This document shows, piece by piece, positions 48,708 through 64,000 of a stretch of DNA of 64,000 nt. Within the stretch, counting starts at the first letter, position 1. Every line of letters starts with the position of its first letter. Origin of the DNA: Paraspadella gotoi (Eukaryota; Animalia; Chaetognatha). The DNA lies in the NCBI GenBank assembly GCA_051294375.1, contig JBJCIZ010000239.1:3530461-3594460 (forward strand). Reading direction: 5' to 3'. Under the pieces are notes generated by a model. That model was not told the origin of the DNA. It made no database searches and saw nothing but the letters and a program-made list of their open reading frames with translations. Made by a program: the position numbers and the translations under genes.

Positions 48708-51700
48708 CTGAGAGAGAACCGAGAGGTAGGAGAGGCGAAGGGGGAGGAANNNNNNNNNNNNNNNNNNNNNNNNNNNNNNNNNNNNNNNNNNNNNNNNNNN
48801 NNNNNNNNNNNNNNNNNNNNNNNNNNNNNNNNNNNNNNNNNNNNNNNNNNNNNNNNNNNNNNNNNNNNNNNNNNNNNNNNNNNNNNNNNNNNNNNNNNNN
48901 NNNNNNNNNNNNNNNNNNNNNNNNNNNNNNNNNNNNNNNNNNNNNNNNNNNNNNNNNNNNNNNNNNNNNNNNNNNNNNNNNNNNNNNNNNNNNNNNNNNN
49001 NNNNNNNNNNNNNNNNNNNNNNNNNNNNNNNNNNNNNNNNNNNNNNNNNNNNNNNNNNNNNNNNNNNNNNNNNNNNNNNNNNNNNNNNNNNNNNNNNNNN
49101 NNNNNNATCAAAAGCCAGATGGGAAAACAGAAGGCGGGAGAAATTAATCCGGCGAAACAGAAGTAAGAGACAAGAGAAAAACGAAGAAAGAAAAAAAGAA
49201 AGAATAGAAGGCAATAGAGAAAAGAAAAGAAAGAAAGGAAAAAGAAAAAAAAAAAGAAAAGAAAAGTCTCTCAGGGCAAGCAGCATCATAAGCGAACGAG
49301 GGCGGGAAGACGTCAACGGAAAATGAAATCCGTTGTCAACGAAGGGTCAGAAAGTGAGAAGCGGAACGGAGAGATGAAAAAGGGAGGATGAGAAGCGGAC
49401 GAAAAGCGGAACCGAGAAGCGGATCGGAGAAATCCAGAGAAATCTAGAGAAATCGGCCACGCGAAGCGGAAAGAGATAAGAGAGAAAAGAAAAAAAAGAG
49501 CGTCTGTTGTGAAGAAAGAAAGAAAGAAAAACAGAGGAAAGAAAGACAGAAAAAAGGAGGAAAGAAAGAAAGAAAAAAAGGAGAAAAGAAATAAAGAAAG
49601 AAAGGAGGAAAGAAAGAAAGAAAAAAAAGGAGGAAAGAAAGAAAGAAAAAAGGCAGAAAAGAAAGAAAGAAAGAAAGAAAGAAAGGAGGAAAGAAAGAAA
49701 GAAAAAAATGGAGGAAAACAAGAAAGAAAAAAAGGAGGAAAGAAAGAAAGAAAGAAGGAGAAAAGAAAGAAAAAGAAAATAAAGATTCTTCATAGCAATT
49801 CGAGAAATTGAAATAATATTAAAATAATAAAATAATATTATTACTTCTGAACATCGTTTAATGTCGCATGATCACTTCGGCCACCAACTCTTGGATTATT
49901 GGTCAATGGTAATTGATCTCTCGCTCTCTCTCAAACGTCTGCTAATAGCCATTTAAATATGCATCAACGCATCTAATAAGCCAATATCAGCGAGGTCCTC
50001 GATTTGCGGCTCCTTTTTAACTAAATCTATTTAAAATATTATATTAAAAATCCACGCTTCTCTTTTTTTTTTTTTTGTTATTGCTTCGTCGAGGGAATTC
50101 CAAACAAAAGCCACTCGCTTTCTCTTTGGCCTCGAAAGAGAGGAAGTTGCCTTTTGAATATTTCAAATCTCGGGATGCGATAAACAATTTTCTTTCGGTC
50201 TTTCTTTCTTTGTTCTCCTCTTTCCTCTCTCTCAATGTCTCTCTCGGGATTTCTCGCTCTCTCTCTCTCTTTATCTTCTCTCTTCTCAGCGGTCCGGCAG
50301 GTACCGCGCATGCAAGCACGATATTTATAAAAAGTTTATTAATTAATGAAGATTGAATATTATAAAAAGATGTGTTGGTTGTTTAACATAAGAGTTAAAA
50401 CGGTATATAAAAGTTTTTTTTGATTTAAAAATTTTAAATGCAAGGAATAATGATTTTTTTATTTTTTATTTTGTAATTTGAAAAAGAAGAATGAATTAAA
50501 TTTTGAGATTATTATTAAAATATTACTTTCTCATCAACTGCATTATTTTTTATAGTTATAAACACGCACATTAATATAGTTATATTATAGAAGAGAATGT
50601 TTTTTAACATATCCACAAATGATAATACAAAAATGCTTTAGCTTGATAAACTAAAACAGTAGCATGGAAATCACTAGACACCTGTATTGGGATGGAATCG
50701 ACAAAATACCAAGGTGAATTTTTTTATTATCTTTGACACCTTGCACAAACTAAAAGCTTCGACGAAACTGCTTGTTTTAATCATAATAAAGTTTTAAAAA
50801 ATTAATATAGGCTGGCATATACTAGTTTGAGCAAAGCAAGACATCAATGGTGTTAAATTGCTATTGATAATTTTCTTTTAAAATATAGGCACACGGACTA
50901 ATGTCTATTACTTATCATCCTGATTTTCTATTAAGGAAATATTATCTCAGTAATAACCCATTAGAAAGGGCTTCATTGACTGACCTTAATGATAAAATTT
51001 TTGTAAATATCTTTACCTGCCTCCATTTCACAAGATATAAAAGTGTCATGGTTTTCATGTCAGTAAGTCAGATTATCTGTACCTTATATACACCTGAAAT
51101 TCTGAATTTTTCTTTTTTTCCCTTTCAGAATTATTAATAAAAAAAATTTATTTTGAAAGAACAATGCAGCGTGTGGAGGAATGCTATTGGTAAGTCCTAG
51201 GTTACTCCACTTCCTCGATCGAATCTTTTAAAATGAAGGTTTTTTTTCCAATCTATTATGAGACATATCACCTACCTATTGTATTATTATTTTTTTTATT
51301 TTTTTCTATACAATTCTATCGGAACTAACTATAATATTGTAATCTGTTTAAAAGAAATTTATCCATCTTTCAAAACGGCCTATATTTCGGTTCATAATCT
51401 AAAAAAGCAGAAAAAGAATTTTCTGCATTGAATATTTTGGATATTCGACATATGAAAAACTAGTACATTTCAAAAAAGTATAAAAGAAATATACATAATA
51501 TGTGAAGCAAGTGAAGGTTTTTTTTTAATGCAGCGGAACAGTCAACGATACGACACCATTTTCATTGTGTCCGTATTATGATCTGATGTAAGAGCCAGAC
51601 GGAGGTGGATGCAAGGAGAGGTGGCCTGTTGACAACGACTGATCCGCACTTTTTTTGTTTGGAGGGAGGGGGCAATTTATAGTGCGTGTCCATTGTGGCC

Positions 51701-52129
51701 GGGGTCACCTGAACTTTGCCGGCGGCGCAAATCCAGATTCTGAAGGGTTCGGACGACCGAAGTAGAAGGACGACGACGGCGAGGGAACGGAAAGCATGGA
51801 GGGAGAGACGCGTGGCGTTAGTGAGGATGACATGGGACGAATGAAAAGTTAGTATCAATTACGGAAGCGCAGCAATCACTTTTTGATTCGCTTGAGACTT
51901 TAGGTCAACATACATAGCACTATCCTTCCGGTAGTTTAACATAAAAAAATATAACACAATGAAAAAGTTTAACTTAATTTAATTATCTCTGATTTCGTTG
52001 GATTTCATGGTTAAAAGAACGAAAAGTTGTAAAATTATACACGGATTTGGATAAAAGGAAAAAAGCATGGTTTGGCTAATTATTCATAGCGCATCGCTCA
52101 TCCACCAAAACGCCGGAGCCAATATGAAT

Positions 52130-52514
52130 CGCTACTCTGCATTAAGCGACGTCTCGTACCGATCACTCAGGCCTTGCCAGAATGGCGCCTCTTCGGCCGG
52201 CGAACTGGGCGTGCCGCTTCGGCGGATCTTGCGCGCCGTCTTAGGTCGATCGCGCTACGCTTGGACGGCGTCGGCCGCCAAACGCCGGCATCGAGGCAGC
52301 GGCGGCGTCGTTGCAGGCCCGTCGGTCTCTCCGCGGTCGACGTCGCTTCTGATTCCGTCGCTGACGTTCGCCGTCATGCGTTCGCTCTTTGCGTCTTCGT
52401 CGTCGTCGTCATCGGCGTCCGTAAGTATTCGGATGGGGCAGATTCCGGCTGCAAGGGGCGTGCGCCGAGCGGCTTGCACAGGGGCGTCCAAGGGAGAAGC
52501 CTGCATGTTCAAGC
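52130..52514 (-). CDS. Probable coding exon of an unknown gene (error-prone region)
   Basis: GC-rich island after a polypyrimidine tract and TAG acceptor. It gives an acidic low-complexity peptide with an in-frame stop. Confidence 0.3.
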
Positions 52515-55114
52515 TAAGATGTAGAAAGAGAGAGAAAGGGAGAAAAATTCGTGAATAACCTGGTTGTAAGTCGGCGCGAGTAATTTTAGTTTTCGAGTTC
52601 GAGAGCTCTATAATACATTCGAGTCTGTCACATAGAAATCAAAGTGAATCGCTAACAACCGATTGACTATTGGTCTTACATTCACACGTCTCAGTTATTT
52701 ATTTTTTTTACTAAGTTCAATTGTTTTCAATTAAATTTTTTATAGATTAGCTTGTTGTACTTGTCATGGGATGTGTATGTTATTCGTTATTATATTGGTA
52801 TTGGTCATGGGATTAGGCGATTTTATATTAGAGCACTTCACGATCCCGAAGTTTCCCTCGACCCGGGGGCCTCGTTTTGCAGTGTCGTTCTTCCTGCCTG
52901 CTTCCTCGCTCGTGTTATTTTATTTTCATGTTGAAATTTTCGATGTCAGTGGTTGCCGATTGGGGGAATGGAAGATGATCATCTAGGATGGGTAGAATGT
53001 TATCTATAGTTGTGCACAGATAAAAATATGGGGTAGAAAAAGGATTATACCTTAATAGACTCCTCTCTTTTTCTCTTTCTCTCTCTTACTCTCTCTCGTA
53101 TCATTCCTGATCCTTAATCACAGTCAGCAGATTTTGTTACGTTCGGCGAAAGAATTAGGGTATACATCTCTCTCATCTTGGTCGTTTCTCTTCCCGGAGT
53201 CCGCTCAACCAGGTATGTTTCTTCTCGTGGACTGGATACCTTAAATCTCCTCCCTTCTGTTCGCTCTCTTGATCTATGCCTGGCTCGGCTCTTCCAGTCG
53301 CTCTCCTCACATGTTTGTAGATAATCCTGAGCCGAGCTTTTTTTGTATAACTTCTTTGCGCTGAATCAGGGCCACAATTCTACATAACACTCAATGGCTG
53401 CGAGGACCGAAGAAAACAGACGCATAAATCGAAACGGCAAAATCAATAAATAAACAAAAAACATGATAACGAAAATGGGTGCAGAGCCGTGCGAACTCCT
53501 TTGTTCACGTCCAAGAGATAAGAAAGATGGGAAAAAATAGGTTGAAGTCATCCTCATTCGATGTTCTTTCAACTTTTTCTCTTTGAATCAATAGATCACG
53601 GTGGCGACGTGAAGGTCAAAGGATTACGGAAAGCTAAAAATTCGAAATTTAAATTAACTTTGATTGATATTTTGATACTAAGAAGCGATTAACGACCACT
53701 AAAAGTCTATAATAAATAGATTAGTTTTTCATACAGACTGAATATTACATATAATAATAATTTTGTATTACGGATTAGTTAGTTCCATCTCTCGTTGTGT
53801 TTTCTGGTCATTTTTCCGTAATAGATTCATCGGCGTAATGTTTATAGGTCTTTTAGTAAGTTCTCTCGGTCTCCAGGGTTCCACTCGTGATTAACAGCAA
53901 TCGGTGTTTTGAATTTTGGTATTTGTATATCGATTTGAATTTGTTCCTGTGCGCTGGCGTGGAGAAGAACTTTGACAGTGCTCTTCCGGGTGTTATATAT
54001 TCGTGGTTACAAACGCCTTAAAGGGTTCAGATCGTGTATTAACGTTATCCAGAGAGATAACTCGTGGGAACAGCTACAATTTCAAGTCCTACCAGTATCC
54101 CTAATCCCCAAACAGGCTCAGCTGACAAAAGTAGTATACGCATCTTAGAGCTCGAGGCTTCCAATCTAGAGGTCACCCTTGAACTTGACCCTTAAATTAC
54201 CACGCGTGAACCCCCTTCTTTTCGCCACACCCAAAGGTTTCCTTATAAAAGCGTCGAATCTTCTCCGTTCTGATGAACCGCTGTCAGAGTCTGCTGGCCA
54301 TCTCAGTGCCGGTTAAGCCGCCGATTCCTTGGGGCGCGTGAGCCGCGCGGCCGCCGAAGCTTCCGCTATCGCGGGTAGTCGTCCTTTGAAAGCGAAAAGT
54401 CTTCTTTACGGCGCCGTCGATCATCTTTCCGCTTGGGTTTTTAGGCTTTGGAGCGTGACCGTCGCGGCCTTTACCGATGGGGCCGGCTGGTAGCGGGAAG
54501 CGGGATTAGGTAGTGGGCTTGACCCGCCGCGAGATGGTTCGGAAGGAGAGCCAGGAGGATTGACCCGTAGGCCAGCTGCTAAGAGGCCGGCAGGGCTCGG
54601 GCGCAGGGCTTGAATGAAGGAAGCCGGCGATGACAGAGGCGAAGCGGGAATGGATTTATAATTGGATAAGTTAATATCGCTGCTCTCCTCCGCTTCTCTC
54701 TCTCTCATCTCTCTCTCTCTATCTCTTCTCCTCTCTCCTCATCTCCTCTAGTCTCTCTCTCTTCTCTCTCTCTCTTCTCTTCTTCTCTCTCTTCTCATCA
54801 TCCTCTCTCTCCTCTGCTCTCTCTCTCGTCTCTCTACTCTCTCTCATCCATTCTCATTGCATTTGACGAATTTTATTTAAAGAAATCGGTGAAAAATCAA
54901 AACTAAAAACGAACATAATATTAATAAGAAATATCAAATTAAAAAAAAGCAAATAAACATTTAACGAAAATAAGCTGCCCCTACGTTCATCTTCTCCTCT
55001 CGGCTTCCCTCAACTTATAATCGCTCCCATCTCTCTCCCTCTATCCCTTTCGCCTAAATACACTCCATGCTCCTCCTTCCTCCCCCTCTCCCCTCAACGG
55101 AGTTGTTGCTCGTT

Positions 55115-58995
<3,881 letters not shown>

Positions 58996-60081
58996 CTTTT
59001 TTTTTTTTTTTGTTGTTGTTTTGTTTTTCGTTAAGTATTTGTTTTTTTAGTTTTATTTTTATTATTTAAGATTTATTATTATTTTTTTATATTTAAGCGG
59101 TTGATGGTTTCAATCCGACGAAAAAATTGTTTGGCAGCGAGGAAAAGAAAAGGTGAACGCAAATGAAAGAATAAGAATGGATTTAAAAAAGTATGATTAT
59201 CAATGTAAAAAGTACTGTATGCAAGAGCAAAAATTGAGACAATTATTGTTTTGAAATTTTATTAATTGTATATATTAACTGTTTTTTGTTTTTATTTTTT
59301 AATTTTGTCTTCAATTTTTTCAATAACCAGGTTCTCTCGCCCACTTGCCCATCGGTCAACTTTTTACCAATCATCTCCCCATGCCCTTCACACCCCACCA
59401 CATCCCTCAATACCCTTCTCAACACCCCGATCCCTTTTTTTCGCAAACGAAAAGGGAACTGAATTACGATGCGACGAATTTTAAATACTGCAAGCGACGA
59501 AAGAAGAGAGGATTTCCGCTCTGGCTGGCCAGCTCGATCTTCGCGGGCGAAAAATTCGAGGGCGAATTAAAACTCGGAAAACGACGAAACGAAAATCAAA
59601 TGCAAATGGAAGTCGGAACGAAATTAAAACTCAATTAAAAGCGAGGAATAAGATTTCACGTCGGATATCGTGGCGATATTACAGGGTGTCACAAATGAAA
59701 GTTTGTTTTTTTTAAAAAGATTCGGCATGGCGCGGGGCTATTTTCAATTTTATTTATATACGTTTATTTCTTAAAAAGATACATGGGGTTACTTGCTTTG
59801 TATAATTGCCATATAACATGAAAATCTTGTGGTAAAGCGTGCGAATTGCTCCGCACAACAAAAGGACGAAATGTTTATTTCGCTCGATAACCGACTTTAA
59901 AAGATTTGTTTTCAAAAATTTTAAAATTAATATTCTTTCATCCTCAATTTCACGAACAGGATGTTAGAGCATCTTTTCAGATTTAATTGATTCGCTCCGG
60001 CGCCTCCTTTTAAAAGATACACGCTGGAGAAGTAATAGGGGCAGAGAGGAAATTAGGAGAGAAGAGAGAGAGAGAGAGAGC

Positions 60082-60149
<68 letters not shown>

Positions 60150-63100
60150 AGAGAGGCATTCAAGGTTGACCCTTTCCTCTTTATGTTCCCTCTGCCACCA
60201 TTGTCATTTCAAAGTTTGGTCCTTACCTTCTTTTTTCTCGCTCCAAGGCAGCTTTCTTTCAAACTTTTATCGCCGCATAAACCTCGTTTACAGTGGGGCA
60301 CGGATTAAGACGACCCCTCGTCTCGATCTTGTGTCGATTAAGCAGGAGAGACGACTCTTTTCATCTGCGATTTCTTTCGCCTGCGATTTTAAATCAATTT
60401 TTCTCCTCTTCTAAGTTCAAAAATCCGCATCTCCACCGGCCGGCTCAGTCCAATCCCATCCCTGCCGGCCCAATGCACCCATTGGGGTTTGGCCTCTCCG
60501 CCCCACCCTCACCGTCCGCTCCCTTAATTTGAGTGAAACCGCCTTTTTTTTTTAAATCCTACTATTTTTTTTCTCTCTTGTTTTTCACATTTTATCTACC
60601 TGTTTTGTGCACCGTATACAAACATCTTCGCTCGTTCCTAAATATTTACGTCTCTCTCCCTTTAACCGCGCCTTGTTCTCTCCCGTCGCCCCATCCGCCC
60701 TAACCACCATGCATCCCTCCCCGCCCTAAACGCGCCCCTCCCGTGCCCCTTCATTTGTACCAGATAGACCCTAATAATTCAACTTCTTCTACGCTGAGGG
60801 ATACCGAAGATTCGCGCGCAAAGAAATTTACTGACTCGTGTGAATTTTGAAATGTTCTTTTTTTTTTTTTCGTTTTTGCTGTCTTTTTTGGTTGTCCGGA
60901 AGAAGGGAAGAGAACGGAGTAGAGGAGGTCGGGAAACTAACTGCAGAAGGAGGGACGAACAGTAGGTAGGAGGGGGCTAAGAACAGTGTATATAAAGAAG
61001 GAGAAGGAGAGCATCGTGGAAGTGGGTGAGAACAGCGAAAAACGGGTAAAATACGAAAATTAGAAATGGGTGAGATGGGAAAAAGTCGGCGCTGAGGATG
61101 GTGAAGCGAGGCAGATTTGATTTACTATTATTGTTTCTTTCTCTGGGAGCGCGAAGAGGGTGGGGGGAAGATATGGAGTTGAAGATCTTGAATTTTACTT
61201 GTTGTTTCTGCGAAGGGGGGGCCGAAGTTTGTAACGAGCGATAAAAAGAGAATTGTATTTCAAGATACGTTTTGTTACGGCAGTCGCGTAGAATTTAATT
61301 CCAACCCGAAAAATTTATTTCTTTTTAGTCGGGGGCGGTTGAGATATCTTACAGTGGCGAGACAAGAGAGTGTTCACTGGATGGGTTGGTTTTTTTTTTT
61401 TTTTGTTTATTTTTACAGACGGACTAGATTACCTTAGCAGAGGTTTTGACAGGCTGTGTGGATTTTCCAAGTAAACTTTGTAACATAAAGGTCTAATGCA
61501 CCTTTTGTGCGCTCTTCTCTCTCTCGAGTGGTAGATATTCAAACTTCCAGCCCTCAACCGAATACTCTTACTAGCGCTGCGGGAGATGTTAGCGCGGACA
61601 GATGGCGGCGTAGTGTGACACAGCTGAGCCTGAAGTTCATGGGGTTTTGGTACGGAAATTGCTGATTTCTCCTAACACAGAGATCGTTTTTCACGTTTTT
61701 CGCGCTTCTCGTGTTAAGAGTGCGCGACCTTTGAAGTTTTGAACCCCAGAGTAGCTAAGGGTGGGCTGAAACCCTTCGATATTAAGCTGATTAACCCAAG
61801 TTGGAAAGGCTGTTGTTTAGAGTTTTTTTTTTTTTGGCGGGAGAGGGATTTCTTTTTCCATGGGTTCGGAACGCTGTCTTCTGTTTTAAGCGGGACCGGG
61901 CTCATTAGGTTTACAACGTTTTTGTTTCAGAGGCTATCGGATAGTATACAATACAATATGACATTATATGTGAGTAATGTCAACTATTCGTAAGATAACA
62001 GGCCCAGCTTTTTATTGGAGAAAAAAAAATGGAATGCGTAGTTTGAAACAGAGTTTTGCGGCAGGAGTCAACTAAATGTATAATAATACAATATCCAGAA
62101 AGTTGTCAAGGAATCAAGGGATCTGAACGGCGCAACGGTGAAAACGATTCACGTAATACGGAGAATCGAATGTTGAGAAAGATTTTCTTTTTCCGCCGCG
62201 ATTCGAGACGAACTCATCAAATTGTCGAAATCCATCGCCAAAGAATTTTACGCTCCGCAACATGTTTTTTTCATATTTTTTCGATCTTTTTGGTTTTTTT
62301 GTTCAATGAAAACAATTTACCGGAGACCTCAATACCAGTAACGTTTTATCCGTTCCGAGTTTATGCGCGGAGGGGTTTTTCTTTTTTTCGCTGCGTTATT
62401 CTAGTCGCCGGCATTGCTAGCTCCGCGTTTCGCTAGTCTTTTTTTCTTTCTCACTTTTTCGGTTTTTTTGTATTTGTTCTTGTTATGTGCCCGTAGCTTT
62501 TCTTTGCCGCTTTCCCCTTTCACGTTATAATTCTCTTTTTTTTTAAAACCCACGCTTTTTCTCATTTTTACTATTTTCCTAGCCCTAACTCTCTTTAGCT
62601 ATCGTCGTGCACCTTCAATACACTCTTCTCTTTAAATTCTCGCGCAATTCGCTAAAACGCAGTCATGCTCTGCACCTCTTCTCTTTAATCCTGCTTTCTC
62701 TCCTCCTACTCCTCCTCCTCCTTCCTCCTCCCTGTCTCTCCTTCTCCTGCGTAAAATGAGGCGGAAGTTTTCCCTGAAGTAGTGTTTGTGCTGAGATCGC
62801 GTTTGACCTTCGAAACCCACCCGAAAGCGAAAGTTCCCCTTCTTCCCCATGAACTTCCACCTCGTTCCCGCCCCCCCAACGCCTGCCCACCTCCCGCTTT
62901 TTCTTTGCTTCTCCTTTGCCGTACTTCCTTCCACTATTTCTCATTTCTATCATGTATACGATGTTGGTCTCCTCCTTTACCCTCTTTTCTATCGATCTTT
63001 TATCATTGTTTTCTATTTCCTTATCTTTCTCTCTGTCTCTTCATTTTTCTTTCTTCTCTTTCTTAACTTACCTCTATTGCGCTAGCTTGCCCAAGTCCCT

Positions 63101-63277
63101 TTATTTATCTACTTCCTCATCTCCCATCATTCTAGGATTCTTCTTACTTGTTTTCTTAGTCATTTGTTTATTCAATTCGTCAGCTCTTGAATGTGTCTCT
63201 GCACTTCATGTTCTTCACCGCACACGCCTCATAGAGTTAATGAATACATTAGCCGATTGCGCACCTATGCACATTTA

Positions 63278-63313
<36 letters not shown>

Positions 63314-64000
63314 ATCTATCTATTTCAATTGGCATCTACCTCTCTGACTTTCCTGTGCGTCAGTTATCTGCCTAATCCCTGTCTATGCTTTGTATCATTC
63401 AATCCATGTGATAAACCCTCCCCCCCACATACGATCGAAATTCTGCAACATCTCCACCTCCGGCCCAGCCCCCCCTCCCAAGGGTTTGGGAAACCCCCAT
63501 CGGCCCTCGTGAAACTGCCTAATAGGTGTATCCTGCCGACCGCCGGACGTCTCGTACGAAGCGGGCTTCCATTATTTCCGTCCTACAACAACAGCGTTCT
63601 TCACGATTGCGCAACGAAACAGTTTCTTGCTCGTTTCGATTTCGCTTCCGTTCGTCGTTCGTTTCGCTTTTTACAAGCAGTGTGTGTATTTCCCGTTGTT
63701 TTTTATTCGTGGCATTGGTCTTCTTTCCTGACCACCTCCTTAAAGAAGGGGGCAGAAAAGACTATGATCCCGTTATTGTTGACAACCACTGGCAACGATG
63801 TACATGAGAACAGATCAAACAACGACAACCGCCTATCTTCTGTCCTTTTTTTTTTTTTTTTTTTTATGCGAAACCGCAAAAATTGCTTCGACTTGTTTTG
63901 GTGTGAAGTTGGGAGACGTGAGGTTTTGAACGGGAATTTTTTGAATCTGGCTTTTTCCTGTTTCAATCTTTGACTTTAGCTCTTTATGATTCAGTTGTTG

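Noticed and set aside
49347-49811. Lys/Glu/Arg-rich and Phe-rich ORFs
   Set aside because: Translation of purine-rich (GAAA)n simple repeats.
63191-63973. 260-aa ORF
   Set aside because: It runs through a (TATC)n microsatellite and poly(T), with no recognisable domain.

Overview
AT-rich animal (probably invertebrate) genomic scaffold with short GC/CpG-rich exons, GT-AG introns, microsatellites and many N gaps. Four gaps are exactly 25 N, which suggests long-read gap filling. Two near-tandem duplications (about 3.66-12.15 kb vs 13.51-21.95 kb, and about 25.5-34.9 kb vs 35.3-43.2 kb) differ mostly by indels and are probably assembly or haplotype artefacts. Much of 29.6-35 kb and 50-64 kb looks unpolished. 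Genes reconstructed by hand: (1) an orphan multi-exon gene on the minus strand; (2) a 3-exon type II membrane precursor with a furin site and a C-terminal four-helix domain resembling IL-6/IL-11/Unpaired cytokines, preceded by TATA, NF-kB and STAT motifs; (3) a tandem C-type lectin domain gene whose intron holds an intron-containing elongator tRNA-Met and tRNA-Lys(TTT) genes; (4) calcineurin B homologous protein; (5) an intronless SLC16-type MFS transporter; (6) an unknown membrane protein; (7) fragments of an RRM plus Arg/Glu-rich protein. The window also holds a Penelope-type minimal hammerhead motif, a tRNA-derived SINE family, a MITE-like foldback and a candidate structured RNA with an Sm-like site. 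All protein family calls come from motif recognition by eye; no database search was run.
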